A program made the position numbers and the translations under genes. From Ophelia neglecta (lineage: Eukaryota): a stretch of 64,000 nucleotides of DNA. The stretch's first letter is position 1. Each line of letters starts with the position of its first letter. Below, one piece after another: positions 14,186-26,000 of this stretch. Location: positions 93,000,001 to 93,064,000 of the forward strand of contig OZ260663.1 of the NCBI GenBank assembly GCA_965285935.1, written 5' to 3'. The notes below the pieces were generated by a model that did no database searches, was not told the DNA's origin, and saw only the letters and a program-made list of their open reading frames with translations.

Positions 14186-15984
14186 GGGTATACCGAACCT
14201 CTACTGGATGTTAAATTTCATAATTGGGTGATTTTTGAAAATGTACTGTTTTAGATAGAGCTTGATCTGCTCTATCCATTGGTGTGTTTATTTTCATTCT
14301 AAGCATTTTATATTTTACTCAAAAAAGGATTTTTATTCATGCCCATCAGCTAATTGTTTGTTTACAAACAAGACATGTTATGGTATTGTTAGCCACATGA
14401 GCATAGTGATCAGCCATGCATGACCAAGCATTAGGCAATGGCAATTAGGCTCCTCCCCACTCTCACTGGATCACTGATAGTTGTGATAAACTGAATAATA
14501 TCACAGGCTGGATACCTGTACATAATATGTTAGTGTGCCCAAGAAATCACTAATAGAACTCATGTAAAATGGGTCCAAGGAAGAGGCTGTGTCCGAATTT
14601 TCATATGACAATAAACTTGTCAATAATAGTATATAATAGGTCCACAGAATGTATAGCAAGCTTTGATATAGAGCCAGATGAAAACGACGACAAATACAGA
14701 TAATTGCGCTTCATGTACATGTGGTCTACGTGCTTTATTATAGAGCGTGTGTCAGAAGGCATGTACATGTATGTGAGCGATAAAACGTGAAAAAACGTTC
14801 CTAACTTACTAGATGTATATTTATCGCCGAGTATTTCACTATATCAAATTCAACAGAGGCTAATCCATTCCTACAGGCACAGACCAGAGTTTATCCCATA
14901 ATTGGCCGCAATCTAATTACAAATGTTTGAAAAGGTCTCTTTTTCCGTCCCATCCTTTAGGAATATCCCACCATCCACAGTTATTTTGTATATGAAGTAC
15001 ACGGTATTTGCAATAATCAATCGATGTCTGAAGTCACATATTATTCTTTCGCTAATTAAATTCCAACGGATGATGCATGATTTATATTTGACAAAGTCGC
15101 TAAACTTATATAAACAGATGATCTGTCTGATACCGCTAATCTCCGCTACTTGGCTCCGCCCATAAGGGCTGACGCGACGGTATCACAGCCAATTAAAATG
15201 TGTCCGTGTGGCTCACCACGTGGAACTGAACGAGTGACATTTCAACCGACTAAAACTCACCGACTAAACTCTCAAAATTACGCTTATGATTGGAAGAAAG
15301 AAAATGACAGTTTGTGGGATTGTAGGGGACTATACTGCCATAGTGGCTAGTGAAAAGGTGAGAATGCATCAAGCCAAATCCAGGCGTCCAAGTGAGAAAA
15401 ACAGTGTTCCGGCGCCTTCTTTGTTGATTAGCCGCGAAGATGAGTTGGTGTAAATTGCAAGCTATTCATCATTTTCAAACAACGCTGGCCTCGTCAAACT
15501 TTAACCGAATTAAAATCCGCAAACGGTAACTTGTCAACAAGAGTTAGATCTAGTAAACGGTCATTCAGATTTTTTATAAGATTTTCCATCAATTAGTAAT
15601 CAATCGCCAAAGTAGAAATAGCTAATAATGAGTACTATATTAGATGACTAGTTACAAAGCCTATTTAAATCACTGGTTAGGAGAGGAATTTGGAAAATCT
15701 GAATGACCGTTTACTAGTTTACACTCTTAGGAACACATTGGCACAACTGTCACACTTGTAAATAATGTCAGTGGTTCATGGCAACCTTTGAAAAAAATAC
15801 CTATATTTTCTGACAAAAAGTGCTACAAAGTCACAATTTTCTTTTTTTTTTTCAGAAATTTCCATTCATAGGCCTTATGGTACCTAGTGGGCACTATATA
15901 TTATGAAAAATTTGTTGTATATGTTGTAATCGTCGACAAAAATCAATTATAACACTTTACATCAACTAGGGGTTCGGTATACCC
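14186..15984. mobile_element. Non-autonomous DNA transposon, Kolobok-like (TTAA target duplication, GG...CC termini)
   Basis: TTAA at 14182-14185 and 15985-15988. ~26-bp imperfect TIR: GGGTATACCGAACCTCTACTGGATGT vs right-end reverse complement GGGTATACCGAACCCCTAGTTGATGT. No transposase ORF. TTAA TSD with purine-purine termini is the Kolobok pattern (piggyBac ends begin CC). Confidence 0.75.
15539..15728. repeat. Inverted-repeat-bounded ~190-bp element nested in the Kolobok-like element (possible MITE)
   Basis: CTAGTAAACGGTCATTCAGATTTT (~15550-15573) and its reverse complement AAAATCTGAATGACCGTTTACTAG (~15694-15717), extending imperfectly to AAGAGT/ACTCTT. Confidence 0.55.
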
Positions 15985-17178
15985 TTAACCGCTTTAAAGT
16001 ACAATGGTATAGCCAGTAATGTCCAAGTGAGGTTTACATAGGAACTGTAGCAAGAACATCACAAAAAAATAGCTGTCAAAGACAATTGATTAAACGCGGA
16101 AACAGGAAACCACAAACTGCACAAGCTCAGGTTTGTATAATAAGCTTTGAAATGTCAGATTGGCAATAATATATCAACAAACTATCCCATAAAGACAGCA
16201 CTGTCTGTAAATAATTATTACATTCAATAGAGACTTGTGTAGGAGAGCCAACATAGTTACATTATCGGTAGCAGAATATTTCGGCAATCAAATTAAATTC
16301 AATGGAAATAAAACGGTCGTGATATATGGGAATTTTGAATTAACAGGTTGTCCGTCTATAAATATTGTTGGTCTGGTTAATAGTTTTCTAACCACACCAC
16401 AATGTGAGTAACGATGTGTGCATTAGTGCACTTTAAGTGAACAGTATGAATTGCACATATTTTTCATGAAAGAATGTTGCTCATGTTATATGAAATAAAT
16501 GCTTCCTTGTAGGGAGATGCCGTTATTTTCATTTATCAATTCCATATGAAGTGCTATTTAATTGTAAATTTTCCTTCAAACAACTCTCACTTTTACATAA
16601 TGAAACATATTGATTCTTGGAATGAATTTCAGGGTTACTTATTTTGATGATCCCATATGTCGCTATTAGCATAGCAGTCCCTGTAATTGTGATCGTCTGT
16701 GTGAGCTTACGTCACAGCGTCAGACCAAAACATTCCGATAGATCATGAAAAGTGCATGTCAGATCCTAGACATAGTACTAAAGAGGACGATCCAATGTTG
16801 GCTAAAGCAGGTAGCTCACAAATATCTTTCCGAGGAAGAGAATATATCACATCCAAACACAGATAAATTATTAAATTTTAGTATGAAAATAAGCCTATAT
16901 GGTAAAGGTCATTATGATATCGCACATCAGTGATGATCATGTATTACACTCTGGAAAGTATTGGCTTTAACTTCTACATATTCCTAGGTTTCTCCGAACT
17001 GAATTATGTCTATTTCTCCCAGCCTCCTTGCGTTCAATTCTCTGGGACGGTATGTTCCTCATAAAGTTATTACCAAAATTTCAAAATTCAAGAATTAATC
17101 GAAGCAAAACTAATTTGTAAACAACCTCCCTGCTTTTGAGACATGAACTATGAATTGACGAAATTTAACATAATAAAT

Positions 17179-17294
17179 GTGAGCAGCGTGCAACGCGAGT
17201 GCGGCGCACTACGCCGCCGCTGTATTTGCCACCCATTGCACCGCGCCGCGGGGCGGTACACATCGAGTTCTGCTACTAACACTACCAGTTTGTG
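17179..17294 (+). promoter_or_regulatory. Conserved upstream element of G3
   Basis: Same motif series upstream of ATG 17421. Confidence 0.7.
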
Positions 17295-17420
17295 AAGGAA
17301 TACTAGGCGCAGTGCACGCACATAATATAGCTTATTATACTATCCGGCTTATAGCAGAATCATAATAGCCCAGGAACGTTGTGACTAGATAAACCTTTGG
17401 AATAGACAAGAAGCGTTAAA

Positions 17421-20400
17421 ATGGATATGCTGCTGAACGAATATATTCCTAGGTTGGTGACAACAGTCATGTGGATAAGTTCAGTTATTTCCAGTAAGTA
17501 CTGTTTATTTATTATACGATGAACAAAGGACGCCATCTTGAATAGATTCGAGGGAACGGCCATACGAATAAATAACCGGTCTGAGGCAATCCTACATAGT
17601 TAAGGGCACCATTTGGTGTATATTTTTGCTTAGATTACTTGGCTTAAACACAGGTCATCGTATGCAATGTCCTATTTTTATTGAGGTCACATTGCCTATG
17701 TTAATGTGAGTTGATCTATGCTCCGTCGTCGACATCTTATACTGCTCTCTGAGGAATATCTTGATGTTTTATCTGACTGCTATTGGGTGTCGGCACCTAC
17801 ATATGTCATTTCGGTAGTGTTTGTTAACTAGATTCAACTTTTCCTATCAATGTCTACCGATATGAGGAGGGAATACTTAGCCACAGACTACGCGCTTATG
17901 CGAGAAAAATATTAAATGAAGGCATTGTAATATGTAAAAGTCCTACATTTGTCACAAAGAAATTTTATTACCTATATTGGAATAATGTGTGAAATATTTA
18001 ACTATTAACAAACATTACTGAACCTTTTTATTTTCGATTATTTGGCTATTTGATTTATATCTTCGTTGGTCTGTAAAAAGTTTTAAACATTGTCGTAATT
18101 TACCAAATATACATTGTTAAATAACAGTATGTGATCAATCAATTTATATATCATCCAAACATATGGAAAATACGCAAGCCACTGGACGGATTATACTATC
18201 AATCCTCATCTATAATATACACAAGAACCAACTGTTCAGATACTTTCTTTAACCATTTATTCAATGGAATTACCAAAAAACTTAATCAGTAAACAAAAAT
18301 GTACGCATACTGACTGCTAATGATGATTAAAGGTTTCGACAGCCTTTGCAATGGATCTGTTTGCAACATGTTTGAGCCCACATGAGGCATGGCAAATGTA
18401 GAAATTGAGAAATTACAAGCACGGTGGGATGAATTGATAATTGACAAAATTCCATGAAAGACGATGGCAGCCAATAGAGTTCTGCTCTAAATGTGTTACC
18501 CAGGTATTAGTCAGAGGACAGACAACTATGCCAAATCAAAAACTCTGTATTACCTGGGCTATTAAACTTAAGTTAGAAAAGTTAATGCCTCCTGTTTTAT
18601 TAAAGCTTGAACCATAGTAATATGAGTGGCTTTTTTTCGTAATGTGATCACCAACACGAGCATTGACGGCCTATGGCGAGATATTGCGTGTACACTTATA
18701 TAAAGCGCTAAGGCGGTAACATGGGCACTGTATATACCAATTTTCTGACTCTATTTGGACATAGATTATTGACAAACATTGACAAAAACATTGACACAAA
18801 CTTTTTGCCATTATATAGCTTATGTATATTTCCTATCCCTGTGTCATTTCTTTGTTTCTATAAAATGCTGCTAAACCAAATTGCATTACGACGCCAACTA
18901 ACTGATATGCTGGGGCTTCTTTTGAATAAGCGCGCCAACCTAACTACGACACTTCTTTTGATGAATATTGTTACTTTAAACATATTTAATGTTCAATGTC
19001 ATACGACAAATAAAAGTCGATACAGGCGGATTGCTATTTATAAATTGCATGGTTCCATTGTTGGGACAGATAATTTACCCAATTTTACTGTCTTTAAACC
19101 ACTTGTATGCTTTACACATACAATTGGACGCTATGTTATCGTGCAGTAAGTTTTATCTAAAAGCATTACCCGAGGTCATAAACGTTCATTATTAATGGTT
19201 AATCTAACTATTATTATGCTTAATTATTATGCATATGCTCAAAATAAAGGTTCTATATAGTTGCTCCTGATTTGTAAACGGCCAAAATGTGTTTCTATAA
19301 TGCAAGATTCGAACTCGTATACAACGATATAACGTGAATAACTCCTAATTTTCTTAATCATTGCAGAACCGCAGGATGTATGTTTATGGAATTCATTCGA
19401 CGCAAACTGCGCGAAGAATGAGGTAATACACATGGACTATGCGCACTACGGAAGGATGTCAGTAGGCAGCTGTATTCCGAAGAAAGCTGGTTATGAGATG
19501 GGCTGTCAGGAAGACGTGCTAGGCTATTTGGACTCGATGTGCTCCGGAAGACAGACGTGTCAGCTAAGATTGACAGATTATTTGGCCAACAAAGACCAGC
19601 CATGTCCGCTCGGGTGGACATCTTACCTGCAGCTGCAATACAGCTGCAAAGGCGGTGAGTAAGCCTCATGGAATCTCCGGTTTAAGATTCTGCGCTGATA
19701 ACTAAAACACTAATACTGAAAATGAACAAAGTGTCAGCAAAAACCACTGAAAAATACAACTGAAAGATTCCAATGCTTTATTTATAATCATAACGACAAG
19801 GAAATACTAAATAGTTTACAAGAAATTGCACCCTCGAGACCTAACCAGTACTGATTTCAACACAACAACTACCAACCCCACCCACAAACCCCACCCACCT
19901 GAGCTGATTTCTAGCCGAAGCCATATTTGCTTTCCCATGGGTTTAAATTGATTCTGTTCTAAGTACCTACCCTTGGACACTACATGGATTATCACAATAG
20001 ATGAAATGACTTGTCACAACAATGTCAGTATATAAAGGCATTGGCATTATATTTTATTTTTATTTTCAGTGCACGTCTCGGTAAAGGAGTGTGCGGGCGA
20101 TTCCCTACTAGTCCAGGATACACAAGGTCTCTTGTCAAGCGTCATAACTGAACTGACGGGGCACGGATCATCCGAATGTCCCTGGCTGGTACGAGGGTCT
20201 CCGGGACAAAAAGTTCGACTCACATTACATGACTATGGAGTGTGGATCCCACCAACGTCAGAGACAGGCGGTGCTGCAGGGCAGGAACCTGGGGTTCGGG
20301 ATACTGAGAGATCGGATATATGTCATATATATGCTAGGATAACAGAAGGTAAGCATCGTTAATAGATAACACGTGTGTTATCAAAGGTTATTATAAATCT

Positions 20401-22260
20401 AGATATTCTTTATATGTCTTTTCATTTCGCTTTACGGTATTAATAAATGTGTAGAAGCAAACCAAGACGTTAATTTTCATACAATATCTTAATTTTCTAA
20501 AAATGAAATGAACGTAGAGATGTTCTGATTTCATAAGCATTACATTGGTAGTATTACCACTAGATTCTACTATGCGTTCTATCACCCTGTGTGGGGGTGA
20601 AACGAGACAGAAAGTAGTATATCTGTCGGAGACGGAGAGCCTGCAATTCGCTTTAACCAACCCAAGAAGCACCCAACACGCGGCGTATTTCCTACTACAA
20701 TACGAAAGTAAGTGATGTACTGTTTTCAAAAGCATCTCCATCAAATCATGTCCGTCTTGAGCGGTTAATAATGAATCACAAACGAAATAAACATGTCATA
20801 TTCTTCCAACTTAGTCACAGGATGCCCAGATTACCCACCGCCAGAAGGCGCTGTTGTCGAGCGAACCGAGACGGGCATTTCAGTGAAATGCACCTCTACA
20901 GGGAATGAGTGGCACTTGTCCTGTGACGGGACGCGCTGGAGCTTAAAACAGGAAATCATAAATTGCACAAGCTCAGGTTTGTATAATAAGTTTGAAATGA
21001 CAGATTGACAATAATATATCAACAACTATCCAATAAAGGAAGAAGTGACTGTGAATAATAATTACATCCAATATGACTTGTGTGGGAGCACCAGACATAG
21101 TTTCAATAACGGAAGCAGAATACTTCCGCAATCCATTAGATTTAAGGAAATTAAGCATCGTGATAAATTTGTTCATTTATTAACAGGTGGTCCGTCTCTG
21201 AATATGGGTGCTCTGGTAAATAGTTTTCTAACCATACCGCAATGTGAGTAATCAACTGTTCATAAGTGTTCACACTGCACACATTTCTCATCAAATAATT
21301 TTGTACATGTTATAGAAAATTAAACGCCCCCTATTTAGATACGCTGTTATTTTGAGGTATCACCTCGCTATCAAGTGCTATTAAATCGTAAATATTCCTT
21401 CGTCTTACATTTACATGACGTAATGAAACATTTTGATATATGGCATGAATTTCAGGGATACTCGTTCTAATGATCCTAGCTGTCGCTGTAATCATAGCAG
21501 TCCCTATAATTGTGATTTGCTGTGTGAGCCTACGACGGTAATTGTAAATGCTTGTTTTTCGTTATTGTATGTGTATCTTAATGAAAATGAATAACGAATT
21601 TATGTGTAATATTTAGCCAGTCTCTTTTTGCGATAAATTATCCATAACCGCTTATAGAATTCGATCAGTCAAAAAACATGGACATCAATATAACTGCCAC
21701 GCTCCCGAGTTTGATGAGAGATATTTTATTTCTGTCGTGGCAGGAAGAATGACTCTGTTATGGCGTCCCACCAAAACTTTACGATGGATTATGGGAAGTG
21801 CATGCCAGAGCCTGGACATGATGCTAAAGAGCTTGAGGCAATGTTTGATAAAGGAGACAGCTCACAAACATCACTCCGAGGAAGAGAATATGTTACGACC
21901 GCACGCGAACAAGTGGATGTGCGCCCTGGGGTACCTAGTGGACGATTTCCGCCTTTGCCTCTACCACCGACAGCGTCTATGCCAGACGCAGAAAACTGTT
22001 TAGTCCACAGGACATTAGGGCATGACAGACACCAGACGGATAGTCGTCAATGCACTTACGGACCACCCTGCATCGAACATAACTATGAGTCACCAATTGT
22101 TTATCAGCGTCCGCGCAGCGAGAGTGAAAATAGTGGCACATTTTATAACGAGTTGGGCCCAGATGACACACATTTACAAATAACTCCACCTAGTGAATAC
22201 GCCGAATCTGGCACCGAAACATTTGGACTGGACGCACTAGAATCAACACTGTCTTTGTAA
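17421..22260 (+). CDS. G3: SUEL-CUB-sushi-TM receptor (subfamily A, ~533 aa)
   Basis: Exons 17421-17493, 19367-19654, 20070-20348, 20564-20707, 20815-20976, 21187-21243, 21456-21537, 21744-22260. 1602 nt open frame. Confidence 0.88.
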
Positions 22261-22855
22261 TTAGGAAAAATACTTTTTTGAACATGAAAAAAGCGTAATT
22301 TAACCAACGTAATTTAACCAACTGGTACTAAACTACTTCCAAAAGGTTCGAGTTGGACCTCTCTCCACATATTCCCCATGTTTTTTTGTACATTTGTTAG
22401 CAATTCTCCTACCAAATATAACAATTTTTATTGTATAGTACTAAAAGAACCTTATTCCTGAAGCCTTGGGTAGTGTTGATTATAGTTATACTAATAAGTA
22501 GCCTGATGTTGGAGACGTAATCTGCATCGGTTCCTAGTTACAGGGCATTGTTTGAGCCTTCGGAAAATGTCTTGCCTGCCTGTTCAGCCACAGTTCGCCG
22601 GTAGGATTGGTCAGTTTACCTCCAAATAGATATCGTATGGCAGTGATGGTCATGTATTACACTCAAGCTAGTAGTGGCTATTATATTCTATATATTCCAA
22701 TGTTCCTATGAATTGACTCAAGCTTCCTGCCGTTGATTTCTCGTGAACGACCTGTTTCACCTTATATTTTTATCAAATTACCTTTGTGGGCAGGGCTTTA
22801 CCGAGCTGCTATTTGAGACGTTCATTATAAATCGACGAAATTTAACATAATACAT

Positions 22856-22971
22856 GTGAGCAGCGAGCAATGCGAGTGCTGCGCACTACGCCTGCGTTAC
22901 ATATACCACCCATTGCACCGCGCCGCGGGGCTGTGCACATCGAGTTCTGATACTGACACTTCCAGTTTGTG
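22856..22971 (+). promoter_or_regulatory. Conserved upstream element of G4
   Basis: Same motif series upstream of ATG 23098. Confidence 0.7.
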
Positions 22972-23097
22972 AAGGAAAACTAGGCGCAACGCACGCACAT
23001 TAAACTGCTTATTATAATATCAGGATTATAGGTAGATCATAAGACCACTGGACAAACGCAAACAGATAAGGCGCTGCACTAGTTACAAAGTGTTCAA

Positions 23098-26000
23098 ATG
23101 GATACGCCGTGGAATGATTTTATTCTTAGTATAGTGATATTAGCAATGTGGATAACAGGAGTAACCTCGAGTAAGTACTGTCTATGTATAATATGATGAA
23201 CAAGGAACGCCATCTTGAATAGTTTCCGAGAAACGGCCATTGCTTAATATGCCAAGAATACACGGTCAAGGGCATTCCTGCTTAGTTAAGGCAACCATTT
23301 AATGTTGGCATTTGGTGATAGTAAATCACCAAAACACAGTTCATCTTACGGAATGGCCTAGTTTTATTGAGGTCACGTTGTTTATGTTAATGTGAGTTGA
23401 TCTTTGCATTTTCGTTGACATCTTATGCTGGTTCTGAAGAATATCTTGATTGTGTATTTCTTGATTACTATGGGGTGTTCACACCTGAGGGTGCTTATGT
23501 TAACTGGGGAGCTTATGTTTACTAGATTCAACGATATATAAGAACGCTGAAATGATTTGAACAAGGAATATATCAGTCATATGGCTCGCATGTATGCGCT
23601 TACTAGTGCATTAATGCAATGTACCTAATCTTGCTAGAAAAAGTTGGCATAGCTAAAATTGTGGTTAAGTTAGCTTTAATTAAGTAGCTTAACTTAGCTT
23701 TGATATACTAGGTAGGAGTGGAATCATACTCATTACCTGAGCTCCTAATACCAATTTCTGGGTATTGTACAGCATTGCATTGGTATGATATAGGATGAAA
23801 GTAATTATACAGACAAAGTAAATTTCGGAGACCAGATCCAACGAAAATATAAATGTGTAATCATCCATTATGTTCCCCGATATCATAGAAGTATATAAAA
23901 AACAATTATTGAAAATACCTACATGACATGCTTATAGGGTTCGTATATTATATTAAAATAGTTAAGTAATGTGGGTTCACCACTCTCATGCATAATAAAT
24001 ATTTGACATCATATGACAAAGTTTTCTATTCACAAACTATATCTTGACTTTCTGCTAAGATTAAAGAGACTATCAATTTTTTCTATACATAGTTTGTATT
24101 CTATTTTCATCTTGCGAAGTTCTTTGATTTCAAAGTCGATAAATCTTTTAACGACAATTTATTACAAATATTCGATTCCTTGACAAACCTTCAACTCACA
24201 AACAATCTTTGAGAGAAACTGTTTAGGGAGTATTTGAGACATTAAGTGTCAAACTAACATTTATCGCATAAAATTATTGTGAACATTCTACCAAAGTGAT
24301 ATAAATAACTATAAAGAAAAAACACAGCAATATTTTTGTTTCTGTTTTCGAAGTGCTTGATAATAACTATTCAATTGATTATTTTTTTGTTTTATTTTAC
24401 TGCGAGAACGTCATCTGTAGTGATCTGAAAGCTACTTAAAATATAATGTAAAATAATAGCTTATGACTGTTAACAAATAAACAGGTATGGAAACACTGGC
24501 AATATCCAAAATAACTGACCAGGAATTATCCAAGAAAACGCGAATTTAGCAGAAACCGCGATGGTTCGTCAAATATCAATCCCCAGTTCACTAACTACAA
24601 GTAAGCGTGTGTCGAAACTATCAATTGTAATAATAATAATATTTACCAGTGGTATGAGAATTAGTCCACAGCGGCCCAGGATGCGAGGCCTATTGCAAAA
24701 CCAAACGGGTCAATGATTCTCAATTAGAGCAATGATGACATATGCCCTGGGCGAGTCTATTTGATTACCTAATGTGCTTAACTCTCGCATAATTATGAGA
24801 CTATGGATAATATTGTTGCGATAAAAGCAAAGCAACTGAAGGATGTAAAATATATTTTTTTCTTAGGATGAGTGAGACTGAATGATTCTGGTACTCCTAA
24901 TCAGATAGTCAAGCGCCCTGAGAATGCCGCTAATTGTTTGGAATAAAACAGCTTGTGCAATACGATTAAACATTTTAATATAGGGATGGGGCGCCGTTGT
25001 ACTAGATTTGATGCAGTTGCGTTTCCAGGACACTAGTTATACAAGTAGTTTCCATCCATAGCTTCGAAGCAAAAACAGTCATTGTTAATATTATACAATT
25101 TACCTAGGAAGGGCCAAGAAGTAGAAATTCCAGGTAGATGGATAGCATGCCGCTTACCTGTGAATCAGGTAGATCATGCCCCTTATCATCACAGTACGGG
25201 AGTGGGTGTGCAGTTTACAGCTGTCCAATTACGTAGAGTAAATACATAATGGGCAATAACCCAGGAATAATCCAGTCACGTGGCTGAAAATGACCTGTAT
25301 ATGTAACTGTTTCATTGGTTAACCAGTTACTTTGGGCTTTTGTCCGTACTGTGTATTCTCCCATAATGTGATCATCGTTTTATTTAAGAAACGTAATATG
25401 CATGCTACAGGCAAATAACACGAAGTTATATCAAATGCATCTACTATACACCTAATGGCTTCCTTTGAAGTCAGTATCAGCTCTCAAATATTAACGGCTA
25501 AAACTAAGTAGATACATGGTCAATAAAATATAGGCCATAGTAATAACCCAGCTCACTGGATATTTTACCGAGCCTTTAGTCGAGGGAAATATCTATTGAG
25601 CTGGAATTATACCAGGGATTGTATGGTATCGGCCATGTTATAACAATTTATTAACGATAATTGTGTATCATTCATGGCGTGGTGTGACTGGTAATAAAAG
25701 ACCGAATGATACTGTCCTTGTTTTAACTTTAATTAGTTGTATTTGATTCCTAGCCGACTTCACTGGATTTAATCCCTTCTATGTGTGTTTTTTCCACCTT
25801 GTTGAAGAGATTGTAATTATTTCTAGTTACAACTGGACAGTTATGTTGCTAAGCCGTCAAATCGGAAATCATATCAGAAATTAAACCACTGCGGGTAGAA
25901 GTCCCGCACCTGTGCCTTTATTTCACATGTCCTTGCGAAGGTGTCATCAACATGTATAATGTAAACTATGGTCCGAAAAACCCCGTCTGTATCTGAGCGC

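Larger units (their letters stand above)
12745..16856 (+). pseudogene. Relic subfamily-A copy: intron-1 remnant, 3' end of exon 5, exon 6, and exon 7 fused out of frame to part of exon 8
   Basis: 12745-13850 resembles intron 1 of G1-G4. 16093-16130 matches the end of exon 5 (aactgcacaagctcag|gtttgt). 16347-16403 is exon 6. 16633-16710 is a degenerate TM exon joined directly to a tail remnant at 16711-16856 (...KEDDPMLAKAGSSQISFRGREYITS). No upstream element and no exons 1-4 are seen. Confidence 0.8.

Noticed and set aside
18721-19149. 142-aa ORF in G3 intron 1
   Set aside because: No recognisable domain, AT-rich composition, and no counterpart in the paralogues.
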